From assembly GCA_031835245.2 (NCBI GenBank), contig JAVKOQ020000013.1, forward strand, positions 1 to 64,000: DNA of 64,000 nt. Reading direction: 5' to 3'. This document shows positions 29,169-41,903 of this stretch, piece by piece; the first letter of the stretch is position 1, and every line of letters starts with the position of its first letter. The DNA comes from Balamuthia mandrillaris (Eukaryota). A program made the translations under genes and the position numbers. Under the pieces are notes generated by a model. The model worked only from the letters and a program-made list of their open reading frames with translations, did not search any database and was not told the DNA's origin.

Positions 29169-32100
29169 ATGAAGCGGAACAAACCCGGAATGTGGGGTTT
29201 GTTGCTAATTTTTCTAGTTGGTTTGGCGCATGGTATGTAAACTCTAAAGCATCTTGTTTGAAACTACCAAAGCATCTTGTTTCCTCCTAACAACGTTTTT
29301 GTCTTCCACCCTCGCTTTTAGGTCAACAACCAGAATGCGAAAATGATGAATTCGTAGTACTGTATGATGGCAATCCAGTCTTCACTATAGACCCCACAGG
29401 GGAGGCAACCTTTTTAGGGGGCGTTTCTGTGGCGAAAAGTCTGACTGTCGCCGAAGACTTGAACATAAACCAAAATATCAACGTGATAGGGGAGGCCTTT
29501 TTCAATGATCTTACCGTATATGGATTTCTCAGTGTTGGACAATCCATTGAAGTCTATGAACGGCTCTCCGTTGGCGATGATGTCACTGTAGGCAACGATC
29601 TTACTGTGCTTGAGTACTTAACTGTCGGTCATTCTGTGGATATATCTCAAGATCTTAGCGTAGGCGGAGATACTACCTTAAATGATCTCACCGTCAACGG
29701 GTACTTGTCTGTGGGGCTATCCGCAGATATCTCCCTAGACCTGAGTGTTGGAGGCGGTGTCTCCATCGAAGGGGACACCACCATGACCAGGACCTCACCG
29801 TGGGAGGAGATAACTCCGTGGAAGGGGACGCCACCGTCGATGGCCATTTGTCTGTTGGGTTTTCAGCTGATATCGCCCAGGACCTCAACGTGGGAGGGGA
29901 CACATCCATCGAGGGTGACGCCACCATTGATCAGAACCTCACTGTGGGAGGGGATGCTTCCATCGAGGGAGATGCCACTGTGGATCAGAACCTTACCGTG
30001 GGAGGGGATGCTTCCATCGAAGGAGATGCCACTGTGGATCAGAACCTCACCGTGGAAGGGGATGCTTCCATCGAGGGAGATGCCACTGTGGACCAAGATT
30101 TGACAGTGGGAGGGGATGCCTCTGTGGAAGGAGACACCACCATCGATGGCCACTTGTCTGTTGGCCTTTCAGCTGACATTGCTCAGGACCTCCATGTGGG
30201 AGGGGACACCTCCATCGAGGGTGACGCCACCGTGGATCAGAACCTCACCGTGGGTGGCGATGCCTCCATCGAGGGAGATGCCACTGTTGATCAAGACCTC
30301 ACCGTGGGAGGGGATGCTTCCATCGAAGGTGATGCCACAGTAGACCAGGACCTCACCGTGGAAGGAGACGCTTCCGTGGAAGGAGACACGACCATCGATG
30401 GTCACTTGTCTGTTGGCTTGTCTGCTGACATCGCCCAGGACCTCCATGTGGGCGGAGACACCTCCATCGAAGGCGACACCACCGTGGATCAGAACCTCAC
30501 TGTGGGAGGGGACGCTTCCATCGAGGGAGATGCCACCATTGATCAGAACCTTACCGTGGGTGGCGATGCCTCCATCGAAGGAGATGCCACCGTGGATCAG
30601 AACCTCACTGTGGGAGGGGATGCCTCCATCGAGGGAGACGCCACTGTGGATCAGAACCTTACCGTAGGAGGGGATGCCTCCATCGAAGGAGACGCCACTG
30701 TGGATCAGAACCTTACCGTGGGAGGGGATGCTTCCATCGAAGGTGATGCCACTGTAGACCAGGACCTCACCGTGGAAGGGGATGCTTCCGTGGAAGGGGA
30801 CACCACCATCGATGGTCACCTGTCTGTTGGCTTGTCTGCTGACGTTTCTCAAGACCTCCATGTGGGAGGTGATACTTCTATCGAGGGCGACGCCACCGTG
30901 GATCAGAACCTTACCGTGGGAGGGGATGCTTCCATCGAAGGTGATGCCACTGTAGACCAGGACCTCACCGTGGAAGGAGACGCTTCCGTGGAAGGGGACA
31001 CCACCATCGATGGTCACCTGTCCGTTGGTCTTTCAGCTGACATTGCTCAGGACCTCCATGTGGGCGGGGACACCTCCATCGAGGGTGACGCTACCGTGGA
31101 CCAGGATCTCACTGTGGGAGGGGATGCCTCCATCGAGGGAGATGCCACCGTGGACGAGGACCTGTTTGTGGGAGGAGAGGCAACCATCACGGGAGACACC
31201 ACCATTGAAGGCTACTTGTCTGTTGGCCTCTCTGCTGACATTGCTGACGATCTCACCGTGGGCGGCGATACTTCCATCGAAGGAGATGCCACTGTGGATC
31301 AGAACCTCACCGTGGGCGGGGATGCTTCCATCGAAGGAGATGCCACCGTGGATCAGAACCTTACCGTGGGCGGCGATACTTCCATCGAAGGTGACGCCAC
31401 TGTGGATCAGACCTCACCGTGAGGGGATGCCTCTGTGGAAGGAGACACCACCATAGATGGTCACCGTTGGTCTTTCAGCTGACATTGCTCAGGACCTCCA
31501 TGTGGGACACTTCCATCGAAGGAGATGCCACTGTCGATCAGAACCTCACTGTGGGAGGCGATACCTCCATTGAGGGAGATGCCACTGTGGACCAGAACCT
31601 CACTGTGGGTGGAGATGCTTCCATCGAAGGAGACACCACCGTGGACCAAGATTTGACAGTGGGAGGGGATGCCTCTGTGGAAGGGGACACCACCATCGAT
31701 GGTCACTTGTCTGTTGGCTTGTCTGCTGACATCGCCCAGGACCTCCATGTGGGCGGAGACACCTCCATCGAGGGAGACGCCACTGTGGATCAGAACCTTA
31801 CCGTAGGAGGGGATGCCTCCATCGAAGGAGATGCCACTGTTGATCAGGACCTCACCGTGGGAGGGGATGCCTCTGTGGAAGGGGACACGACTATCGATGG
31901 TCACCTGTCTGTTGGCTTGTCTGCTGACGTTTCTCAAGACCTCCATGTGGGAGGTGATACTTCTATCGAGGGCGACGCCACCGTGGATCAGAACCTTACC
32001 GTGGGAGGGGATGCTTCCATCGAAGGTGATGCCACTGTAGACCAGGACCTCACCGTGGAAGGAGACGCTTCCGTGGAAGGGGACACCACCATCGATGGTC

Positions 32101-35100
32101 ACCTGTCCGTTGGTCTTTCAGCTGACATTGCTCAGGACCTCCATGTGGGCGGGGACACCTCCATCGAGGGTGACGCTACCGTGGACCAGGATCTCACTGT
32201 GGGAGGGGATGCCTCCATCGAGGGAGATGCCACCGTGGACGAGGACCTGTTTGTGGGAGGAGAGGCAACCATCACGGGAGACACCACCATTGAAGGCTAC
32301 TTGTCTGTTGGCCTCTCTGCTGACATTGCTGACGATCTCACCGTGGGCGGCGATACTTCCATCGAAGGTGACGCCACTGTGGATCAGAACCTCACCGTGG
32401 GAGGGGATGCCTCCATCGAAGGGGACACCACCATCGACCAGGACCTCACCGTGGGAGGGGATGCTTCCATCGAAGGAGACACCACCATCGATGGTCACTT
32501 GTCTGTTGGCTTGTCTGCTGACGTTTCTCAAGACCTCCATGTGGGCGGAGACACCTCCATCGAGGGCGACACCACCGTGGATCAGAACCTCACTGTGGGA
32601 GGGGACGCTTCCATCGTGGGAGATGCCACCATTGATCAGAACCTTACCGTGGGTGGCGATGCCTCCATCGAAGGAGATGCCACAGTTGACCAGGACCTCA
32701 CCGTGGGAGGAGACGCTTCCGTGGAAGGAGACACGACCATCGATGGCCACCTGTCTGTTGGCTTGTCTGCTGACATCGCCCAGGACCTCCATGTAGGCGG
32801 CGATACTTCCATCGAAGGCGACACCACCGTGGATCAGAACCTCACTGTGGGTGGCGATGCTTCCATCGAGGGAGATACCACCATTGATCAGAACCTCACC
32901 GTGGGAGGGGATGCCTCCATCGAAGGAGATGCCACTGTAGACCAGGACCTCACCGTGGAAGGAGACGCTTCCGTGGAAGGGGACACCACCATCGATGGTC
33001 ACCTGTCTGTTGGCTTGTCTGCTGACGTTTCTCAAGACCTCCATGTGGGCGGGGACACCTCCATCGAAGGAGATGCCACTGTGGATCAAGACCTCACGGT
33101 GGGAGGGGACGCTTCCATTGAGGGAGATGCCACCGTGGACGAGGACCTGTTTGTGGGGGGAGAGGTAACCGTTGAGGGAGACACCACCATTGAAGGCTAC
33201 TTGTCTGTTGGCCTCTCTGCTGACATTGCTGACGATCTCACCGTGGGCGGCGATACTTCCATCGAAGGAGATGCCACTGTGGATCAGAACCTCACCGTGG
33301 GTGGCGATGCCTCCATCGAGGGAGATGCCACTGTGGACCAGAACCTCACTGTGGGTGGAGATGCTTCCATCGAAGGAGACGCCACCGTGGACCAAGAGTT
33401 GACAGTGGGCGGGGATGCCTCTGTTGAAGGGGACACCACCATCGATGGCCACCTGTCTGTTGGCCTTTCAGCTGACATTGCTCAGGACCTCCATGTGGGC
33501 GGAGACACTTCCATCGAAGGAGATGCCACTGTCGATCAGAACCTCACCGTGGGAGGGGATGCCTCCATCGAAGGCGACACCACCGTGGATCAGAACCTCA
33601 CGGTGGGAGGGGATGCTTCCATTGAGGGAGATGCCACTGTGGATCAGAACCTTACCGTGGGTGGCGATGCCTCCATCGAAGGTGATGCCACAGTAGACCA
33701 GGACCTCACCGTGGAAGGAGACGCTTCCGTGGAAGGAGACACAACCATCGATGGTCACCTGTCTGTTGGCTTGTCTGCTGACATTGCCCAGGACCTCCAT
33801 GTGGGAGGGGACACCTCCATCGAAGGAGACGCCACTGTGGATCAGAACCTCACTGTTGGTGGCGATGCCTCCATCGTAGGAGATGCCACTGTGGATCAGA
33901 ACCTCACCGTGGGAGGGGATGCTTCCATCGAGGGAGACACCACTGTGGATCTGGACCTCACCGTGGGAGGGGATGCCTCTGTGGAAGGAGACACCACCAT
34001 AGATGGTCACCTGTCTGTTGGTCTTTCAGCTGACATTGCTCAGGACCTCCATGTGGGCGGGGATACTTCCATCGAAGGAGATGCCACTGTCGATCAGAAC
34101 CTCACTGTGGGAGGCGATACCTCCATTGAGGGAGATGCCACTGTGGACCAGAACCTCACTGTGGGTGGAGATGCTTCCATCGAAGGAGACACCACCGTGG
34201 ACCAAGATTTGACAGTGGGAGGGGATGCCTCTGTGGAAGGGGACACCACCATCGATGGTCACTTGTCTGTTGGCTTGTCTGCTGACATCGCCCAGGACCT
34301 CCATGTGGGCGGAGACACCTCCATCGAGGGAGACGCCACTGTGGATCAGAACCTTACCGTAGGAGGGGATGCCTCCATCGAAGGAGATGCCACTGTTGAT
34401 CAGGACCTCACCGTGGGAGGGGATGCCTCTGTGGAAGGGGACACGACTATCGATGGTCACCTGTCTGTTGGCTTGTCTGCTGACGTTTCTCAAGACCTCC
34501 ATGTGGGAGGTGATACTTCTATCGAGGGCGACGCCACCGTGGATCAGAACCTTACCGTGGGAGGGGATGCTTCCATCGAAGGTGATGCCACTGTAGACCA
34601 GGACCTCACCGTGGAAGGAGACGCTTCCGTGGAAGGGGACACCACCATCGATGGTCACCTGTCCGTTGGTCTTTCAGCTGACATTGCTCAGGACCTCCAT
34701 GTGGGCGGGGACACCTCCATCGAGGGTGACGCTACCGTGGACCAGGATCTCACTGTGGGAGGGGATGCCTCCATCGAGGGAGATGCCACCGTGGACGAGG
34801 ACCTGTTTGTGGGAGGAGAGGCAACCATCACGGGAGACACCACCATTGAAGGCTACTTGTCTGTTGGCCTCTCTGCTGACATTGCTGACGATCTCACCGT
34901 GGGCGGCGATACTTCCATCGAAGGAGATGCCACTGTGGATCAGAACCTCACTGTGGGCGGGGATGCTTCCATCGAAGGAGATGCCACCGTTGATCAGAAC
35001 CTCACCGTGGGTGGAGATGCCACCGTTGATCAAGAGTTGACAGTGGGCGGGGATGCCTCTGTAGAAGGAGACACGACCATCGATGGTCACCTGTCTGTTG

Positions 35101-38100
35101 GCTTGTCTGCTGACATCGCCCAGGACCTTCATGTGGGCGGAGACACCTCCATCGAGGGCGACACCACCGTGGATCAGAACCTCACTGTGGGTGGCGATGC
35201 TTCCATCGAGGGAGATACCACCATTGATCAGAACCTTACCGTGGGAGGGGATGCCTCCATCGAAGGAGATGCCACTGTAGACCAGGACCTCACCGTGGAA
35301 GGAGACGCTTCCGTGGAAGGGGACACGACCATTGATGGTCACCTGTCTGTTGGCTTGTCTGCTGACGTTTCTCAAGACCTCCATGTGGGCGGGGATGCTT
35401 CCATCGAGGGAGATGCCACTGTGGATCAAGACCTCACGGTGGGCGGGGACGCTTCCATCGAAGGAGATGCCACCGTGGACGAGGACCTGTTTGTGGGAGG
35501 AGAGGCAACCATCACGGGAGACACCACCATTGAAGGCTACTTGTCTGTTGGCCTCTCTGCTGACATTGCTGACGATCTCACCGTGGGCGGCGATACTTCC
35601 ATCGAAGGAGATGCCACTGTGGATCAGAACCTCACCGTGGGAGGGGATGCTTCCATCGAGGGAGATACCACCGTGGATCAGAACCTTACTGTGGGTGGAG
35701 ATGCTTCCATCGAAGGAGACGCCACTGTGGATCAACACCTTACCGTGGGCGGGGATGCTTCCATCGAAGGAGATGCCACTGTTGATCAGGACTTCACCGT
35801 GGGAGGGGATGCCTCTGTGGAAGGAGACACCACCATAGATGGTCACCTGTCTGTTGGCTTGTCTGCTGACGTTTCTCAAGACCTCCATGTGGGAGGTGAT
35901 ACTTCTATCGAGGGCGACGCCACCGTGGATCAGAACCTCACTGTGGGTGGCGATGCTTCCATCGAAGGTGATGCCACTGTAGACCAGGACCTCACCGTGG
36001 AAGGAGACGCTTCCGTGGAAGGGGACACCACCATCGATGGTCACCTGTCCGTTGGTCTTTCAGCTGACATTGCTCAGGACCTCCATGTGGCGGGGACACC
36101 TCCATCGAGGGTGACGCTACCGTGGACCAGGACCTCACGGTGGGAGGGGATGCCTCCATCGAGGGAGATGCCACCGTGGACGAGGACCTGTTTGTGGGAG
36201 GAGAGGCAACCATCACGGGAGACACCACCATTGAAGGCTACTTGTCTGTTGGCCTCTCTGCTGACATTGCTGACGATCTCACCGTGGGCGGCGATACTTC
36301 CATCGAAGGAGACACCACCGTGGATCAGAACCTCACCGTGGGTGGGGACGCTTCCGTCGAGGGAGATGCCACCGTGGATCAGAACCTCACCGTGGGTGGA
36401 GATACTTCCATCCAAGGAGACGCCACTGTGGACCTAGACCTCACCGTGGGTGGCGATGCGTCCGTGGAAGGAGACACCACAGTTGATGGCCATTTATCTG
36501 TTGGTCTTTCTGCTGACATCTCTCAAGACCTCCATGTGGGCGGAGACACTTCCATCGAAGGAGATGCCACTGTGGATCAGAACCTCACTGTGGGAGGCGA
36601 TACCTCCATTGAGGGAGATGCCACTGTGGACCAGAACCTCACTGTGGGTGGAGATGCTTCCATCGAAGGAGACACCACCGTGGACCAAGATTTGACAGTG
36701 GGCGGGGATGCTTCCATCGAAGGAGATGCCACCATTGACCAGGACCTCACCGTGGGAGGGGATGCCTCTGTAGAAGGGGACACGACCATTGATGGCCACC
36801 TGTCTGTTGGCTTGTCTGCTGACATCGCCCAGGACCTCCATGTGGGCGGGGATGCTTCCATCGAAGGAGATGCCACCGTGGACCAAGACCTCACTGTGGG
36901 AGGGGATGCTTCCATCGAGGGAGATGCCACTGTGGACGAGGACCTGTTTGTGGGAGGAGAGGCAACCATCATGGGAGACACCACCATTGAAGGCTACTTG
37001 TCTGTTGGCCTCTCTGCTGACATTGCTGACGATCTCACTGTGGGTGGCGATACTTCCATCGAGGGAGATGCCACTGTGGATCTGGACCTCACCGTGGGAG
37101 GGGATGCCTCCATCGAGGGAGACGCCACTGTGGACCAGAACCTCACTGTGGGAGGGGATGCTTCCATCGAGGAGATGCCACTGTGGATCAGAACCTCACT
37201 GTGGGAGGGGATGCTTCCATCGAGGGAGATGCCACTGTGGATCTGGACCTCACCGTGGGAGGGGATGCCTCTGTGGAAGGAGACACCACCATAGATGGTC
37301 ACCTGTCTGTTGGTCTTTCAGCTGACATTGCTCAGGACCTCCATGTGGGAGGGGACACCTCCATTGAGGGAGATGCCACCGTGGATCAGAACCTCACCGT
37401 GGGAGGGGATGCCTCCATCGAGGGAGATGCCACTGTGGATCTGGACCTCACTGTGGGAGGGGATGCCTCTGTGGAAGGAGACACGACCATTGATGGTCAC
37501 CTGTCTGTTGGCTTGTCTGCTGACATCGCCCAGGACCTTTATGTGGGAGGGGACACCTCCATCGAGGGCGACACCACCGTGGACCAGGACCTCACGGTGG
37601 GAGGGGATGCTTCCATTGAGGGAGATGCCACCGTGGACGAGGACCTGTTTGTGGGGGGAGAGGTAACTGTTGAGGGAGACACCACCATTGAAGGCTACTT
37701 GTCTGTTGGCCTCTCTGCTGACATTGCTGACGATCTCACCGTGGGCGGCGATACTTCCATCGAGGGAGATGCCACTGTGGATCTGGACCTCACTGTGGGA
37801 GGGGATGCCTCTGTGGAAGGGGACACCACCATAGATGGTCACCTGTCCGTTGGTCTTTCAGCTGACATTGCTCAGGACCTCCATGTGGGAGGGGACACCT
37901 CCATTGAGGAGATGCCACCGTGGATCAGAACCTCACTGTGGGAGGGGATGCTTCCATTGAGGGAGACGCCACTGTGGATCTGGACCTCACCGTGGGAGGG
38001 GATGCCTCTGTGGAAGGAGACACCACCATAGATGGTCACCTGTCCGTTGGTCTTTCAGCTGACATTGCTCAGGACCTCCATGTGGGAGGGGACACCTCCA

Positions 38101-41100
38101 TGAGGGAGATGCCACCGTGGATCAGAACCTCACCGTGGGAGGGGATGCCTCCATCGAGGGAGATGCCACTGTGGATCTGGACCTCACTGTGGGAGGGGAT
38201 GCCTCTGTGGAAGGAGACACGACCATCGATGGTCACCTGTCTGTTGGCTTGTCTGCTGACATCGCCCAGGACCTTTATGTGGGAGGGGACACCTCCATTG
38301 AGGGCGACACCACCGTGGACCAGGACCTCACGGTGGGAGGGGATGCTTCCATTGAGGGAGATGCCACCGTGGACGAGGACCTGTTTGTGGGGGAGAGGTA
38401 ACCGTCGAGGGAGACACCACCATTGAAGGCTACTTGTCTGTTGGCCTCTCTGCTGACATTGCTGACGATCTCACTGTGGGCGGCGATACTTCCATCGAGG
38501 GAGATGCCACTGTGGATCTGGACCTCACTGTGGGAGGGGATGCCTCTGTGGAAGGAGACACCACCATAGATGGTCACCTGTCTGTTGGTCTTTCAGCTGA
38601 CATTGCTCAGGACCTCCATGTGGGAGGTGACACCTCCATTGAGGGAGATGCCACCGTGGATCAGAACCTCACTGTGGAGGGGATGCTTCCATTGAGGGAG
38701 ACGCCACTGTGGATCTGGACCTCACCGTGGGAGGGGATGCCTCTGTGGAAGGAGACACCACCATAGATGGTCACCTGTCCGTTGGTCTTTCAGCTGACAT
38801 TGCTCAGGACCTCCATGTGGGAGGGGACACCTCCATTGAGGGAGATGCCACCGTGGATCAGAACCTCACCGTGGGAGGGGATGCCTCCATCGAGGGAGAT
38901 GCCACTGTGGATCTGGACCTCACTGTGGGAGGGGATGCCTCTGTGGAAGGAGACACGACCATCGATGGTCACCTGTCTGTTGGCTTGTCTGCTGACATCG
39001 CCCAGGACCTTTATGTGGGAGGGGACACCTCCATCGAGGGCGACACCACCGTGGACCAGGACCTCACGGTGGGAGGGGATGCTTCCATTGAGGGAGATGC
39101 CACCGTGGACGAGGACCTGTTTGTGGGGGGAGAGGTAACCGTCGAGGGAGACACCACCATTGAAGGCTACTTGTCTGTTGGCCTCTCTGCTGACATTGCT
39201 GACGATCTCACTGTGGGCGGCGATACTTCCATCGAAGGAGATGCCACTGTGGATCTGGACCTCACCGTGGGAGGGGATGCCTCCATCGAGGGAGACGCCA
39301 CTGTGGATCAGAACCTCACCGTGGGAGGGGATGCCTCCATCGAAGGAGATGCCACTGTGGATGTCGATTTCTATGTGGGAGGAGATGCTTCCGTGGAAGG
39401 GGACACCACCATCGACGGCTACTTGTCCGTCGGTCTGTCCGCCAACATTGCTGATGACCTCACTGTGGGAGGAGATGCCTCCATCGAAGGTGACGCCACC
39501 GTGGATGTAGACTTGTCCGTGGGCGGAGACACCTCCATTGAGGGAGACGCCACTGTGGATCAGAACCTCACCGTGGGAGGGGATGCCTCCATCGAAGGAG
39601 ATGCCACTGTGGATGTCGATTTCTATGTGGGAGGAGATGCTTCCGTGGAAGGGGACACCACCATCGACGGCTACTTGTCCGTCGGTCTGTCCGCCAACAT
39701 TGCTGATGACCTCACTGTGGGAGGAGATGCCTCCATTGAAGGTGACGCCACCGTGGATGTAGACTTGTCCGTGGGCGGAGACACCTCCATCGAAGGAGAC
39801 GCCACTGTGGATGTCAATCTCTTTGTGGGAGGAGATGCTTCTGTGGAAGGAGACACCACCATCGACGGCTACTTGTCTGTTGGCTTGTCTGCTGAGATTG
39901 CCCAGGACCTCAGTGTGGGAGGAGATGCCACTATCCAAGGCGACGCCTACATTGCTGATGATGCCACCGTTGCCGTAGACTTTTCAGTTGGCAGGGATGC
40001 AACAATCGACCGCGATTTAACTGTTCGTCGTAATCTTGTCCTGTGTCCAGAGCCTGAGGGTTATTGGGACATGGCTGGCATTGATGATGACTTTGGTAGC
40101 TTTGTTTCTTCTGGAGGAGCTTGTATAGAAGATGGTTGGTATTTTCAGTTTCTTCTATTGTGCTATGTTCTTACCAGTGTCACTCTCTTTCAGAGAACGA
40201 GGGAGCAAGCGGACTCTCGCATTCTTCTACCAGCTCACGTTTCAACGGGACTTGCGATTTTACCATCTCTTCCACCTCATCCACTTTCTATCGGGCATCC
40301 AAAGGAACAATATCCCTGTGGTACAGGGCAAATATTGCAACAACCCCGGTCGTTAGGAATTCACTGACTGACTTTAGTGCTCTTGCCAATCCTACCCCTC
40401 AGGGTTGGGCCTATGGACATAGTTCTTCTTCCATCAACGATTTCCAGCTTTTAACGGATACCCAAACTGGTGATAGGTGGTACATTCCTAATACAGTTTA
40501 TGGACAAAATGTATGGCTTTTTGTGGGTGGAAACATGTTCCACCCTGGAAACCCAGCTGTCGTACCAAAGGCCTGGCCCTCAAGACGGTTTGCCCATTCC
40601 CTCTCCCCTGATTTGGCTGACAATGACTAAGTGCACTTTTTATCCCCTTTCACCCAAATTATTCAGGTGGGAAGTGCAGCAATCTGGATCCCACACAATC
40701 CAGGTGACCACGCAAAAGGGTGACCCTTGCACAAACGGTGATGGTGTATCGGTAGAGATATGGCTTCAATCTGGTGGCGTGCTAACTCGAATGTTACAAC
40801 GTACTATTACTACCGGGACAACGCCCTTCTCCCCAGTAATTGATACCGTGGAGATACCGGCAGCAGTTGGGGACTATATTTACGTCGCTGTGGATCCAAA
40901 GAGTAACCAGTTTTGCGATTATACTATCGTTAACGTTCAGATCACCTACGTTACAGGAACCCCACAGACCATATTCAGCGCTCGGGATGGAGCTGGAGGA
41001 TATCTTAAGTTGTCCGCTGGAGTGGGCACCATTACCTATGAAGTGTCAGACGGTACCCTGACCCCCTTAGAAGCACTAGAGGCAATTCCTTCCCCCACCG

Positions 41101-41405
41101 TCCCTATCGATCTTGGCAACTGGACACATGTTGCCCTTGTGTCCTCTGCTGAAGGAAATACCATGTACATCAACGGCAAGGAAGCCACCTACCTTTATAG
41201 TGGTGCTGGAGGCCCTTCAGCTTCCGCTTTCATGCATGACGTTGTCTACGTATCATCTATCCACGTGGGTTCTGACGGTGCTGGCTCATACTTTGACGGC
41301 CTCATCGATGACTTAGCAATTTGGAAGGTACCCCTTACGGAGGACCAGATAGCTGCAATTGCTTCTGGCGATGTTGAACCCACTGACCTCTGCACTCCTG
41401 TTTAG
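29169..41405 (+). CDS. Giant secreted acidic hexapeptide-repeat (beta-solenoid-like) protein with C-terminal LamG/concanavalin-A-like domain, ~4,000 aa; several apparent small frameshifts inside the repeat
   Basis: Exon 1 29169-29232 MKRNKPGMWGLLLIFLVGLAH(G) is signal-peptide-like. Intron 29233-29321. Repeat exon 29322-40134 (DQNLTVGGDASIEGDATV etc.). Introns 40135-40193 and 40588-40666. C-terminal GTISLWYR...WTHVALV..MYINGKE..FDGLIDDLAIW..LT..QI matches the LamG-like pattern. Confidence 0.85.
29400..40040 (+). repeat. 10.6-kb coding tandem array (18-nt base unit; 54- and 90-nt modules; higher-order blocks)
   Basis: Directly visible repeats of GGAGGGGATGCCTCCATCGAGGGAGATGCCACTGTGGATCAGAACCTCACCGTG. 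Confidence 0.98.
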
Positions 41406-41903
41406 TTCTTATGTTTTACTGGGTGGCAATTATCCTTTCCTTCTCTCTTTCTTGCAACAAGTCAAAAAAGTAAAGAACTGCTTGTTTTCATGTGTTGTCA
41501 TTTTTTTTCCATGTTTTTTGGGTGGGCCTTAATCTCCACTTTCATCAGTTTTGCCTTCGCCTTCATCTTAGCCTTCGTCTTCTCTTGCTTGTGTTAAAGT
41601 ACAAGAGCTTGAGAAGCAAAACACACCGATAGAATAGTGGGAAGTGATGTTAGAAGAACACTAAAAGATGAAAGAACAATGGTGAAAAGAAGCACGCAAG
41701 CAGCTTACAACATCACCAAAAGAAATGCTAGAACGCGAACACTGTCAGAATAGCACACCTCATCTGCCTTATAGACGACCAATACTTAGAACTGAACAAA
41801 GGAAAAGCCATAAAAGGCACTATTCACTGTAAGAAAAGGGGCTGAACAGACAACATTTCAAAATCTCAACAGTTGACTGTGTCTCGCCTCGGTACATCGC
41901 TAA

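Noticed and set aside
29863..39938. Long antisense and off-frame ORFs (e.g. 32118-33452, 34674-36044, 38790-39938)
   Set aside because: Shadows of the stop-poor coding repeat; no independent start context or domain.
29400..40040. Repeat array as a CRISPR-like or diversity-generating cassette
   Set aside because: No unique spacers; variation is mostly synonymous or conservative in one reading frame, and the array is continuous with spliced coding termini.
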